DNA of 64,000 nucleotides from Methanomethylovorans hollandica DSM 15978 (GCF_000328665.1 NC_019977.1:1666011-1730010); one strand, 5' to 3'. Shown: positions 9,968 to 20,206, counted from the stretch's first letter. The notes: a model not told the origin generated them from the letters alone. Program-made: numbers and translations.

Positions 9968-11308
9968 TCAGACACCTCCGACAACAGCCTTTGAGATGCA
10001 AATATGAGGAGAACCATCGCTCACAGGTACCAGCTGTCCGCCTTTGCCACATCTCCCGGAATTCATTTTCAGATCATTGCCCACATGTGTAACATTGTTG
10101 AGGATCTCAAGGGTCTTTCCGGACAGAGATACATCTCTCATGAGGGTTGTGATCTCTCCTTTTTCAATGAGATATGCCTTTTCTGCATTGAACTGGAATA
10201 TGCCTTCACCAGTGTTGACCTGTCCGCCTCTGGAACCAATAAGGTACATTCCATCGCCTATTTCCTCAAGCATTTCTTCAAAGGTGGATTTGCCATTATC
10301 AAGATATGTATTGCTCATGCGCACTATAGGCATGGAATATCCCTGACACCTGCTGTGTCCGGGTTCGCCTCCAAGCTTTGCTGAAGTTTCTCTGGAATGC
10401 AGATAAGAACTCATAACACCATCCTTTATGATGGTAGTCTTTTGTGATTGTGCCCCTTCATCATCGAACGGGAAATAACCATATTCATGAAGCGTAGGAT
10501 CATCCACTATAGTGATAAGGGGTGAAGCTATCTGTTTTCCAATCATATTCTCAAGTATGGAACTTCCCTCAAGCACCAGATCAGCTTCTGAAGCATGACC
10601 TACAGCCTCATGTACGAAAACTCCTGCAAGTTCTTGATCAAGTATCACAGGCATATTACCTCCCTTTGCAGGCTTGGCATGTATGAGCTGAAGGGCTTCG
10701 TTAGCTGCATTTGTTGCAAGCTCAAGAGCATCTGTTTCATCGAATATCTCATATCCTTTGACACCGAACTTGCTTTCCCTTCCTGCCTGGTAAATGCCAT
10801 TCTCTGAGGCCACTGCACTAACAGCAAATCCGGATCTTATAAGCTCGTATTCACAATCCAGACCGTCAATGTTGTTATAACACACCTTGACTTCAGATTC
10901 AGAGTAGACGGCACTTGTGCTGCTTATCCCCTCAAGTTTTGCACGCTTGCTCATTTCCTTGAGCAGTGCTACTTTTTCTTCAATGGATATATCCCTTGGA
11001 TCGACCTTTATGCGAGGAAGGTCTTTTAAAGTTGGTTTGCCTACCGTCTTGAGGTCTACTTTTTCTTTGGGATTGCGGGAATTCATACTAACAGCGAGCT
11101 CAGAAGCAGCATTTAGTGCTTTCTTCTCATTGAAATAGCCATCAGCTGAAGTAAAACCCCATGAACCACCACACAGAGCGCGTATGCCTCCTCCTCTTGT
11201 ATAGTTCACAGATATCTCTTCAACGTTTCCATTGTCAATAATTATGGACGTAGTGGTAGCATCTACCACCCTTACGTCGTAAAAGTCAACATTTTTCATG
11301 GGAGTCAT
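9968..11308 (-). CDS. tldD: TldD metalloprotease
   Basis: HEAVGHASEAD, FDDEG, RMSNTY, CGKGGQ...GSPH. Start uncertain (11299, 11308 or 11338). Confidence 0.92.
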   Translation of the reverse strand: MTPMKNVDFYDVRVVDATTTSIIIDNGNVEEISVNYTRGGGIRALCGGSWGFTSADGYFNEKKALNAASELAVSMNSRNPKEKVDLKTVGKPTLKDLPRIKVDPRDISIEEKVALLKEMSKRAKLEGISSTSAVYSESEVKVCYNNIDGLDCEYELIRSGFAVSAVASENGIYQAGRESKFGVKGYEIFDETDALELATNAANEALQLIHAKPAKGGNMPVILDQELAGVFVHEAVGHASEADLVLEGSSILENMIGKQIASPLITIVDDPTLHEYGYFPFDDEGAQSQKTTIIKDGVMSSYLHSRETSAKLGGEPGHSRCQGYSMPIVRMSNTYLDNGKSTFEEMLEEIGDGMYLIGSRGGQVNTGEGIFQFNAEKAYLIEKGEITTLMRDVSLSGKTLEILNNVTHVGNDLKMNSGRCGKGGQLVPVSDGSPHICISKAVVGGV

Positions 11309-11324
11309 ATTAAAACCAATATCC

Positions 11325-13277
11325 TCATGTGGGAACAACTTCAGGAATATCGAGGTTAAGCTTAAGGTTTGTTAGTTTCGAAAGCTTCTCTACTATTCTC
11401 TGTTTATCGACTCCCACAAGGCTGTGCTCTATAACTTCTATTATGTTAGTTACAGGCACTATTTCGATCTTATCCTTATAGGCTTCTTCTATAAGCACAT
11501 CATCCTCATTGGATTTAGGAATGATGACTTTCTTTATCCCTGCCAAAGCTGCAGCCTCTATCTTGTAGGTTGCACCACCAATTGGTAGTACGTCACCTCT
11601 CACAGAAAGCGACCCAGTCATTGCCACAGACTGATCCACGGGTATGTTCTCCAGGGCGGAGATCACAGCAGTAGCTATGGATATCGATGCACTGTCGCCT
11701 TCCACACCTTCATAGGTCCCTATGAACTGTATGTGGATATCATGGTTTGATGTATCTTTTCCAGTGATATTCTTTATCACAGCAGATACATTCTGGACAG
11801 CTTCTTTAGCTATATCCTTAAGCATACCGGTGGCGATAACACGTCCTTCTGAACTTGATTGAGCTGGCGTCACTTCAGCCATTATAGGTAACACTATGCC
11901 AGAGTCTCCCCCCATTACGGCAAGACCGTTAACCCTGCCCACGGCCGAACCGTTCTTCTGGAACAGCTGATAATCTTTGCGCCTTTCAAGATAGCTATCG
12001 GCCAGTTGCTGTTCAATGGAGCGGGCCATCTTCTTTGCAGCCAATACATGTTTAGCAGTGGTCACCACAGCCTCCTCAGCATGAGCAATATCTCCGGCTA
12101 CTCTTACAAGACCGCCGAGATCCCTTAGCTTCAGGGTAAGGTGTCCTTTTCTTCCCGCCCTGCGTCTGGCTTCCCTGATAACCTCATTGACTGCAGACTT
12201 GTCAAAAGGAGGTATATGTCCATCACGCATTACCTCCTGGGCTACGAAACGTACAAGATTCCTGCGGTTCTCGAGATCATCCTCCATGGAATCCCGCATG
12301 AATATTTCATAGCCGTATCCCTTGATCCTTGATCTGAGGGCAGGATGCATTTTTTCCACTGCATCGAGATTACCTGCAGCCACCATGATAAAATCACATG
12401 GTACAGGCTCTGTCTTTACGAGGGCTCCGGAACTGCGTTCTGATTGTCCGGTAATGGCATATTCTTTTTCCTGAAGCGCTGTAAGCATACTCTGTTGCGA
12501 TTCCAGGCTTAGAGTATTGATCTCATCTATGAACAAAACACCCTTGTGCGATTTATGTATATCTCCGCTCTCAACCCTGTCATGCGCAGGAGTTTCAAGT
12601 CCTCCTGACTGGAAAGGATCGTGGCGTACATCACCGAGGAGAGCTCCTGCGTGAGTGCCTGTTGCATCGATGTAAGGAGCATGTTCTTTGTTGTAATTAT
12701 TAACAACAAGTTTAGGTATCATCATCTCTTCTTTTGGGAGCAACTGGCGTGTAAGCAGAAGTATCATTATAGCTGCTATGATCCCCCACAATAGTTGGTC
12801 CACATAGAAAGAATATATGATTATACCAAAAACCAGTAGCATCATCAGCATGTTCCTGGATTGGGCCTTTTTCTGGGCTTCCAGTTTATGGGCCATGACT
12901 ATTTCTCTTCCCTTACCAGCGGGTACAGTCCTTATCTTGGGATTGTTCTGGTCCTCAGGATTAGGGTAAGCAAGGATATCCTGAAGTTCTTCTTTGGGTA
13001 AAAGTTCTGCCATAGCCTTCGCCAGTAAAGATTTACCGGTACCGGGGGTCCCTATCATCATTACATGTCGGCGCTGGCTAGCCGCCTTCTTGACCACTGT
13101 CACAGCATGTTCCTGCCCGATGATCTGATCAATCAACAGTTCCGGAACATCTATGGAGTCCGTAGTGTTGAAATCAAAATCATAAAGTTCGTTTTGATCA
13201 ATAGTAGTCATCTCTGTATCCATGATTTGCTCACAGTTATGATTTCTGTTGTCAACCTGACTATTCCTTTTGTCCAT
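11325..13277 (-). CDS. lonB: Archaeal membrane-bound Lon protease LonB
   Basis: Walker A GTPGTGKS, TM insert in the AAA domain, LFIDEI, catalytic GDSAS and K (ATYKIEAA). True start may be 13223. Confidence 0.96.
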   Translation of the reverse strand: MDKRNSQVDNRNHNCEQIMDTEMTTIDQNELYDFDFNTTDSIDVPELLIDQIIGQEHAVTVVKKAASQRRHVMMIGTPGTGKSLLAKAMAELLPKEELQDILAYPNPEDQNNPKIRTVPAGKGREIVMAHKLEAQKKAQSRNMLMMLLVFGIIIYSFYVDQLLWGIIAAIMILLLTRQLLPKEEMMIPKLVVNNYNKEHAPYIDATGTHAGALLGDVRHDPFQSGGLETPAHDRVESGDIHKSHKGVLFIDEINTLSLESQQSMLTALQEKEYAITGQSERSSGALVKTEPVPCDFIMVAAGNLDAVEKMHPALRSRIKGYGYEIFMRDSMEDDLENRRNLVRFVAQEVMRDGHIPPFDKSAVNEVIREARRRAGRKGHLTLKLRDLGGLVRVAGDIAHAEEAVVTTAKHVLAAKKMARSIEQQLADSYLERRKDYQLFQKNGSAVGRVNGLAVMGGDSGIVLPIMAEVTPAQSSSEGRVIATGMLKDIAKEAVQNVSAVIKNITGKDTSNHDIHIQFIGTYEGVEGDSASISIATAVISALENIPVDQSVAMTGSLSVRGDVLPIGGATYKIEAAALAGIKKVIIPKSNEDDVLIEEAYKDKIEIVPVTNIIEVIEHSLVGVDKQRIVEKLSKLTNLKLNLDIPEVVPT

Positions 13278-13376
13278 TGATTCTGCATATATAGATGCAC
13301 ATATAAAATAAATGTATTCCTTTATATTGCAAAACTATATGAATATTAAAGCTGATATGCAGGAAGTGTTCAGAGA

Positions 13377-13817
13377 ATGAAATCCATTATTCATATACTT
13401 ATTGCTTTCATGTTTGTAATGATATTCAGCTCATTGCCGGCAACTGCGGCAACGGAAGATTCACCATATATACATTACAGACAAATGACAATGAACTTCA
13501 GTGGAACCGATGCCACGGTTACTCTTTTGTTTAAACTCGATACATTTGCACAGGCTTACACGTTACTCATGGGAAGCCATAATCTTAAGGGCGATATAAG
13601 GAAGATGTTCTTTGAATTCGACGAGGTGACCGTGTACCAGATAGGTAAAGACTATGCTACCCTCAGGATAAACAATGTCTCACAGTTAAGTGACGGATAT
13701 TACCTGCATAATTCAAGAGCTTTAGGTTCAAGTGTAGATATGCTCACGATGGTCTATCCAAGCGGTGCAAGTAAGCAGATGTCCAATGCAAAACAAACAT
13801 CGAATATCTTTTACTGA
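13377..13817 (+). CDS. Secreted hypothetical protein
   Basis: 146 aa with a signal peptide ending ATA; divergent from lonB. Confidence 0.7.
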   Translation: MKSIIHILIAFMFVMIFSSLPATAATEDSPYIHYRQMTMNFSGTDATVTLLFKLDTFAQAYTLLMGSHNLKGDIRKMFFEFDEVTVYQIGKDYATLRINNVSQLSDGYYLHNSRALGSSVDMLTMVYPSGASKQMSNAKQTSNIFY

Positions 13818-14132
13818 TCACGCTCTTTGTTTCTTGTTTACTTTCCTGTTTACGCTACTGCTCGCTTTTATGAAATTGGATAAGCTCGTATAATGTAATA
13901 TTTGGGTGTGCAGCCGATGTACTAAATTCTGTTGATTAAGCATGCGGCACATGCCTGCTGGCTGCACTTGGTGCAATGATGAAATAGACATTATAGTTTC
14001 AAAAATAAATTGATAGAACAATGTCTTTTTCTGGTGAGCTGCAAATTTTACTACGCAAAGAAAAGAAAACAAGTGAACTATATATAATAGCTCCCACTTT
14101 GAATAGGTAGATAGCTTTTTCTGATTATATGG

Positions 14133-14149
14133 AACAAAAGGTTTATCTG
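14133..14149 (+). promoter_or_regulatory. Putative BRE/TATA of the tRNA operon
   Basis: aacaaaag-g-tttatctg, about 30-37 nt before tRNA-Val. Confidence 0.5.
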
Positions 14150-14178
14150 CTATGACAATGTATGGGTGGTGCCGATAA

Positions 14179-14252
14179 GGGCTCGTGGTCTAGTTGGTTA
14201 TGACGTCGCCTTGACATGGCGGAGGTCCTGAGTTCGACTCTCAGCGGGCCCA
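14179..14252 (+). tRNA. tRNA-Val(GAC)
   Basis: Acceptor GGGCTCG/CGGGCCC-A; anticodon arm TCGCC-TTGACAT-GGCGG; T-loop GTTCGAC; no encoded CCA. Confidence 0.95.
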
Positions 14253-14323
14253 TCAGCAAAACGAAGAACAGTTAAGTTTAAATCGGAAAACAGCATTAAG
14301 GTGCTATGCTGGCCCCCCCTAAG

Positions 14324-14400
<77 letters not shown>

Positions 14401-14408
14401 AATAATGC

Positions 14409-14480
14409 ACATCAGTAGTGTAGCGGTTATCACCTGGCGTTGCCAACGCTAGAACCCGGGTTCGAATCCCGGCTGATGTA
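14409..14480 (+). tRNA. tRNA-Gly(GCC)
   Basis: Acceptor ACATCAG/CTGATGT-A; anticodon arm TGGCG-TTGCCAA-CGCTA; CCGGG-TTCGAAT-CCCGG. Confidence 0.93.
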
Positions 14481-14486
14481 TAATAA

Positions 14487-14500
14487 TTTATTTTTTTTTT
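14487..14500 (+). terminator. Oligo-T terminator of the tRNA operon
   Basis: T10 run immediately after tRNA-Gly. Confidence 0.65.
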
Positions 14501-14596
14501 GCATATATATTTATAATTACAACTAATTATATTAATGAATGATTTAGGAATGAATAAAGAGACGAGATTGTATCTTCATTCATTAAAGATCCAATC

Positions 14597-14630
14597 ATAG
14601 ATACGTAAGTATTATAGATACGTAAGTATT
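14597..14630. repeat. Perfect 17-bp tandem duplication
   Basis: atagatacgtaagtatt x2. Confidence 0.9.
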
Positions 14631-14753
14631 ATGCATACATCCGTGACAACTTTAAACAACAATATAAAATAAGAAGTTAATAGAGAGTATTCTTACCGAA
14701 CTCTCTTTATAAATGCTGCTAAGTCTCAGAAAAAAGGTTGTTTTTCTCTGCAA

Positions 14754-15245
14754 TTAGTCGATTTTCTCGAACTTGGATGCAGGTGCTCCACAGACAGGAC
14801 AGTTACTTTCAGGTTTACCTTCGTGAGTATGACCGCAGACGCTGCAGACATAGTAGTCAACCTCTTCGTTCTTCCCGATCTCAGAAAGCGCTTTTTCGAA
14901 TAGTCCGGCATGTATCCTTTCCACTTTATTGGCCACTTCAAAGCTCCATTGAGCCCTGTTATCTCCTTCAGTCTTTGCCTCCTCAATGAATTTCGGATAC
15001 ATACTTTCAAATTCGTATGTCTCACCATTAATGGCTTCTTTCAGATTGTCCATTGTAGTTCCGATCCCACCCATACGCTGCAGGTGGTTCAATGCATGGA
15101 CTGTTTCAGCAGCAGCAGCAGCTCTAAAAAGTTTAGCTATTTGAGAGTAACCTTCATCATCTGCTTTTTTTGCAAAAGCAAGGTATGTCCGATTTGCCAT
15201 TGATTCGCCAGTAAACGCTGCCTTTAGATTATCCTTTGAGCTCAT
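14754..15245 (-). CDS. rbr: Rubrerythrin
   Basis: AFTGESMAN, ETVHA, ETYE, ERIH diiron ligands plus C-terminal CSVCG...CPVCG rubredoxin domain. Confidence 0.95.
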   Translation of the reverse strand: MSSKDNLKAAFTGESMANRTYLAFAKKADDEGYSQIAKLFRAAAAAETVHALNHLQRMGGIGTTMDNLKEAINGETYEFESMYPKFIEEAKTEGDNRAQWSFEVANKVERIHAGLFEKALSEIGKNEEVDYYVCSVCGHTHEGKPESNCPVCGAPASKFEKID

Positions 15246-15569
15246 TATATCTCCCCATACTTTAAAATCTTTACTTTTGATTACATTCAGTTTTCATATG
15301 TTTGCCAAAATATGAAAATTGGAAATTCAAAACGCATTTGTGAGATTTATTTACTTAATTTTGATACTCGAATTGAACGAAAATAAATTTATTTCAGTTC
15401 ATCTGACCAAAATATTTTCACCATGCCGATTGATTTATCACAATTACGATTTGGCATAGATTTTATGCAATGCTATTATTAAAATGTATTCCATATGGTA
15501 AATAGAGACACTACAGAGGATTCTGATTAACCCTTTGTTTTTTATGTCACCATAAATTTAAAGTGGAAT

Positions 15570-16157
15570 TTATTTTTGGTATTTCTGTTTTTGTTTCATT
15601 TCCTCCAGGTTCATGTGCTTTAGCATGTCCCGAATTTGAATGAATGAAAGTAGCACCCAAGCAGAAAAAACAAAACTACTTTTCTGCTGCTTTCTGATAT
15701 AGGAATTCTCACCGAGTGCAGAGAGAACCATTAGGACCATGGCAGATGAGATAATCCAGTTCAGAACAGAGTATGTAGGCAGCAAGATCAATAGATATGT
15801 AGTTATTCCTAAAATGCCGGATAATTCTCCTCTTAACAGAGTGATACCTTTCAATATTACCGCAAGGAGTATCAATATTGATACCAAAGAAAGAGTGGGA
15901 TTAACTTTTTCTTCCTGCCATAAAGGATGTACAGGAAGTGTATCTTTTCCTTAAAGGACATAGCTGAAAAATACCTCCTCAAAAGAAGTGATGAGATTTT
16001 TCCCGGCCAGCGGAAGAGTCTACAGGCCAGTATTTTCCTCATACAGCAACACATTGATACTAACAGAGTAGGGAATGTGGGGAAAAAGGGGATTACAACT
16101 ATCTTTCCGCAATTCCTGACAATGCTGCTTTGGTTCCTTGTTCTTATCCTTAATCAT
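15570..16157 (-). pseudogene. Probable disrupted membrane-protein gene
   Basis: One frame runs from ATG 16157 to TAA 15570, interrupted by TAG (16020-22) and TAA (15951-53). The C-terminal half has 3-4 hydrophobic segments. Confidence 0.4.
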
Positions 16158-16272
16158 AGAATTGCGCAATAAAAGAATTCACTTGAAATAGATATATAGA
16201 AACATAGAGGATAAGTAGACCTATAGCCTCTATACTGATTAGGTTTATTTGTCGTACTGCATTCAAAATAAC

Positions 16273-16734
16273 ATGGTTCACAGCGATAAGAAGATTAAAG
16301 TGCTTTTTGTATGCGTGCACAATAGTGCCAGAAGCCAGATGGCAGAAGAATACTTAAGAAGGATCGGCAAAGAACTATTTGAAGTAGAGAGCGCCGGGTT
16401 TGAACCCACCAGTGTAAACCCACTAGTCATAGCTGCTATGGAGGAGGATGGTTTCGATCTCAGCACAAAGAAGACCCAGGCTGTCTGGAACCTTTTCAGG
16501 GAAGGGAAATTTTACAATTATGTGATCACCGTGTGCGACAGGACCCATGAAAAGGAGTGTCCGATATTCCCAAAACCTTTCGTTCAGTTAAAATGGTCAT
16601 TCCCTGATCCTGAATCGTTCTCTGGCACTGACAGCGAGAAGATGGAACAAATAAGAGCTCTCAGAGATGCCATCCGGACCAGAATAGAACAATTCGTCGA
16701 AGAGATCACCAGATCCTCACAGATAGATGCCTGA
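16273..16734 (+). CDS. arsC: Arsenate reductase, LMW-PTP family
   Basis: VLFVCVHNSARSQMAE P-loop, ITVC...CPIFP, W.FPDP. Confidence 0.9.
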   Translation: MVHSDKKIKVLFVCVHNSARSQMAEEYLRRIGKELFEVESAGFEPTSVNPLVIAAMEEDGFDLSTKKTQAVWNLFREGKFYNYVITVCDRTHEKECPIFPKPFVQLKWSFPDPESFSGTDSEKMEQIRALRDAIRTRIEQFVEEITRSSQIDA

Positions 16735-16823
16735 AAGAATTCATTTAAACCCCGATATGTATATAAATGGCTGCTGATGGCCGATACGTTCAGCAGCCTG
16801 AATAGGATCTTGAGCAGTGACTG

Positions 16824-17717
16824 TTATCTGGATAGTTTTCCAAAATGCGTTTCAAATCTCTCCTGCATCATTTCCCAGGTAGGCAACTTCACCTGACAGC
16901 CGATGACCTCCACTACAAAGGAGGCGACCGTTGCACCGATTCTGCCGCAGGTTTCCATGTCATAGCCCCTTGTAAAGGCTAACAGGAACCCTGCCCTGTA
17001 TGCATCACCGGCACCGGTAGGGTCAACGGCTTTCACAGGCACCACGGGTATGCAATATTGTGCATCTTGCGTATGTATCCTGCTTCCCCGGGAATCGTAG
17101 GTCACCACAATGGTTCCGATCCTTGCTTTAAGTTCCTCTAAGGAACGGCCGGTCATCTCACAGACTCTCTTTATCTCATGACGGTTAGTGAAAAGTATAT
17201 CCGTGTGCTCCAGAATGGTTTCCAGGTCCTTGCAGTTATAGGTTATGAGATCCTGCCCCGGATCAAAGGACACAAAGTTTGCCTTCTTTGCTATCCTTGC
17301 ATTAAAGGAGCATTCAGATGTCGCAAGATGTACAAAATCAACCTCCGGAGGTTCCAGCTCTTTCAGAAGAGTAGATGCACCCCAGTGGAAATACGTGCTC
17401 TGATTGTGGTCTCTGTCAGTAAAGACAAAAGCCTTTGTAACTTTCTGACCTTTACATCTGTATAATAATGATAGATCAACACCCAAAGAAGTGAGATATT
17501 CCTCGTACCCCGAACTTCCAAAATCCTCTCCTGTAGCAGATATCAGCTGACCTTTACCCCCAAGGGTGGCAATACCCACTGCAATGTTGGCAGCCCCTCC
17601 TCCAAAATACTCATGGTAATCAGTGATCGGGTAAGATTCATTATGGCAGGAAATGTGCTCCACATCAAAAAGCAGATCTATGGCTGCATGCCCTACGACA
17701 GATATTGTCCTGTCCAT
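16824..17717 (-). CDS. PfkB-family carbohydrate/nucleoside kinase
   Basis: GGGAANIA, FDPGQ, NRHE, DPTGAGDAYRAG. Confidence 0.92.
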   Translation of the reverse strand: MDRTISVVGHAAIDLLFDVEHISCHNESYPITDYHEYFGGGAANIAVGIATLGGKGQLISATGEDFGSSGYEEYLTSLGVDLSLLYRCKGQKVTKAFVFTDRDHNQSTYFHWGASTLLKELEPPEVDFVHLATSECSFNARIAKKANFVSFDPGQDLITYNCKDLETILEHTDILFTNRHEIKRVCEMTGRSLEELKARIGTIVVTYDSRGSRIHTQDAQYCIPVVPVKAVDPTGAGDAYRAGFLLAFTRGYDMETCGRIGATVASFVVEVIGCQVKLPTWEMMQERFETHFGKLSR

Positions 17718-17732
17718 ATTTACTTCTCCCCT

Positions 17733-18074
17733 TTACTGGAACTCCTCAACATCAACTACCTTCAGAGGAACATCCCTCAATGCCCTTCCAATGACGGATT
17801 TAGCTATCCTTGATGCGTGCTCCTCACTTTCCGCATCAAAGACCTTCATCTCAAGGACCAGGCCGACAATTGCAGTGTTCGCTGTAAGGAATACACTACT
17901 GAAGGCCTCCTCACATGCAGGACAATATGTGCTGCCAACGTCCACTTCCACAAAATCGAGTTTAGGGTTAAGTCTTTTGCCAGCTTCGGAGATCGCCACT
18001 CCTATGGCATCATCCGGACTGTTCACATCTCTGACCAACCAGGCAGCTTCAATTACAACATTATAATTTGACAT
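17733..18074 (-). CDS. DUF555 / UPF0212 family protein
   Basis: DDAIGVAISEAGKRLN, CPAC, MKVFDAESEEHASRIAKS. Confidence 0.85.
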   Translation of the reverse strand: MSNYNVVIEAAWLVRDVNSPDDAIGVAISEAGKRLNPKLDFVEVDVGSTYCPACEEAFSSVFLTANTAIVGLVLEMKVFDAESEEHASRIAKSVIGRALRDVPLKVVDVEEFQ

Positions 18075-18124
18075 TTAATCGTCTCCGGGAAATTGGGTTC
18101 TGTCACTTATCAGGATCCATAGAT

Positions 18125-18406
18125 TCAAATGGTGAACAATGTATCATCATCCACCCTGAACACTCCAAGACGTGCCCCGGCATCCAGCCAGGCGTGCCCG
18201 TAGCTGAAACATATCAGGGCGTTCACAGGGTCTTCATGATGTACAAAGTATATACCATCCTCGTAATATGATCTTGCCATCGTATGAAAGTCGTTTGCGA
18301 CAGCATACATATGCGAATCCTTAATAGGTGCAAACTCTGCTTTTTCCAGCGCTTGCCTTAGTAGGTTCTCATATCTATTAACCTTTTCATTCAGATCAGC
18401 AGGCAA
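18125..18406 (-). CDS. DUF357 family protein
   Basis: MARSYYEDG...NAL..FSYGHAWLDAGARLG; TTG start. Confidence 0.85.
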   Translation of the reverse strand: MPADLNEKVNRYENLLRQALEKAEFAPIKDSHMYAVANDFHTMARSYYEDGIYFVHHEDPVNALICFSYGHAWLDAGARLGVFRVDDDTLFTI

Positions 18407-18417
18407 CTTAGTCCCCC

Positions 18418-20103
18418 TTATTTGCTAGCACCAAAGATTTTCTTAAATAGACCGCCTCCTTCTTCTGTTTTTAGTTCTCGTGACGGTTTTCTCTTAGGAG
18501 GAGGTGTTGTGCTGGTCTGAACAGGTATGTGCTCTTCTTCAATATGGTGTATTTCAGTATGATCTGGTTTTACCGGCTGCATATGTACAGACTCCACCGG
18601 GGATTTCCTGGCCGATATTCCCTGAGAAGAATTAAGGTTAACACTCCTCATAATGTTAACAGACTCACCACCGTGTTTGCTTTTACGCACCCTGATATCC
18701 ACAAGGATTGGCCGCTCAATGTCAGTGCTCACCAGCATGGCAACTCCGGGTGGCAGGCGCATGAGTTCATCCTCTACATAGGAGTTTACACCTTCCAGAC
18801 CTTTGCTGATAGCTTTCAGATCATTTGGATTGGTGACCTTCATAATTATCTGTGTGCCGCACTGCGAAAGAATGTTCTTGTCCACGCGTGCAGGCCTTTG
18901 GGAAATTACCATCATGCCAAGACCGAACTTACGGCCTTCGGAAGCAATGGTCCGCAACACATCGGAACTTAAGGACTTACTGAAACCTTTTTCAGGTGCA
19001 TAGTTATGAGCTTCTTCCACCACCAGCATTCCAGGAGGAATGGTGTTCATTTTACGAGCCTCGAACAACGTACTGCACAGACGTGCAACGATCATAGACT
19101 GGATATCCGGAGCCACACCTTTGAAGTCTATAATGGAAGCCCTGCCTGGCTGTACGAGATCTTCTATTGATGTGGGATTGGTCGAAAGTATGCCAGTTTC
19201 CCTGATCTCTTCAAGCAGGCTGATGACATTCCACTTTGCCTTGCTGTCATTGTTCTTGACCTCGAAGATTATCTCGTCCAGAGTATATGTTTCCATCTCG
19301 GATTTGATCTTATCAATGGTCTCGTACAATATGCCGATATGTGTGCTGGTGAAATTGTTGGGAAATGCTTCACTCAATTCCTTTGCTGTAAGATTCATGC
19401 CGTTAAGCCGAAACACTTCATCAGCTTTGGGATTCAGGCTTTTGTTGGCAGGAGTGTATACTGTAACATACTGTGCGTATGATCTTGGAGACACCTTGAA
19501 TCTGTTAGCAACTTCTGGCTTGATGATACCCTCTTCTTTCAGTGATGCATATTCACTATGCGGATCGATTATCAGCAGGGGTACTTTGCGGTCCAGCATC
19601 TCTTCGAGGAGCACTCCTGCAGTATAGGACTTACCACTTCCTGTCTTTGCAAGGATGCTGCAATGTTTCTGTACAAGACTGTTAACATTAAGATGTACAG
19701 GTATATCCGTGCCTTCCAGCATGCCTATGAACATTTCTTTCCCTGACAGACCCAGGGAACTGCATATGAGCTCATTATTAGCCTTGTAAATAGGATCCCC
19801 TGGGCTAAAGGGAGTGTTGGGTGATCTGAGCAGACCAGAATCATCCCGTTTTCCAATAACTGTTACATCAGCGATTATCCGGTTCCCGCTTTTATCTTTG
19901 CGGCTTCCGTTCTTTGCTTCCTCGATAGAATAACTATCTCCAAAACGGGTAATAGATAGCACCTGTGCAAGTACCCAGCCATCGATCTCATGCCAGGCTT
20001 TTATATATCCTCCCTGATGCACAGTGGTACTGTCCGATAACAATATTCTGAAGCTGGATGTACCAGCTTCTCCGAATATCACGCCAACTGCATCTCGAAC
20101 CAT
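18418..20103 (-). CDS. HerA-like P-loop ATPase (HAS barrel + DUF87)
   Basis: AKTGSGKS, IIDPHSEY, VVEEAHNYAP, EGRKFGLG..VISQRP. Confidence 0.88.
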   Translation of the reverse strand: MVRDAVGVIFGEAGTSSFRILLSDSTTVHQGGYIKAWHEIDGWVLAQVLSITRFGDSYSIEEAKNGSRKDKSGNRIIADVTVIGKRDDSGLLRSPNTPFSPGDPIYKANNELICSSLGLSGKEMFIGMLEGTDIPVHLNVNSLVQKHCSILAKTGSGKSYTAGVLLEEMLDRKVPLLIIDPHSEYASLKEEGIIKPEVANRFKVSPRSYAQYVTVYTPANKSLNPKADEVFRLNGMNLTAKELSEAFPNNFTSTHIGILYETIDKIKSEMETYTLDEIIFEVKNNDSKAKWNVISLLEEIRETGILSTNPTSIEDLVQPGRASIIDFKGVAPDIQSMIVARLCSTLFEARKMNTIPPGMLVVEEAHNYAPEKGFSKSLSSDVLRTIASEGRKFGLGMMVISQRPARVDKNILSQCGTQIIMKVTNPNDLKAISKGLEGVNSYVEDELMRLPPGVAMLVSTDIERPILVDIRVRKSKHGGESVNIMRSVNLNSSQGISARKSPVESVHMQPVKPDHTEIHHIEEEHIPVQTSTTPPPKRKPSRELKTEEGGGLFKKIFGASK

Positions 20104-20170
20104 TTTTCCCTCTTATAGTGATTTGATCATATTACTTTAAGTAAAAATATTTGTTTATGTAATTATTAGC

Positions 20171-20206
20171 ATTATTATTATTATTATTACTATTATTATT
20201 ATTATT
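20171..20206. repeat. Trinucleotide microsatellite (ATT)6 ACT (ATT)5
   Basis: Read directly between dph5 and the HerA-like gene. Confidence 0.9.
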
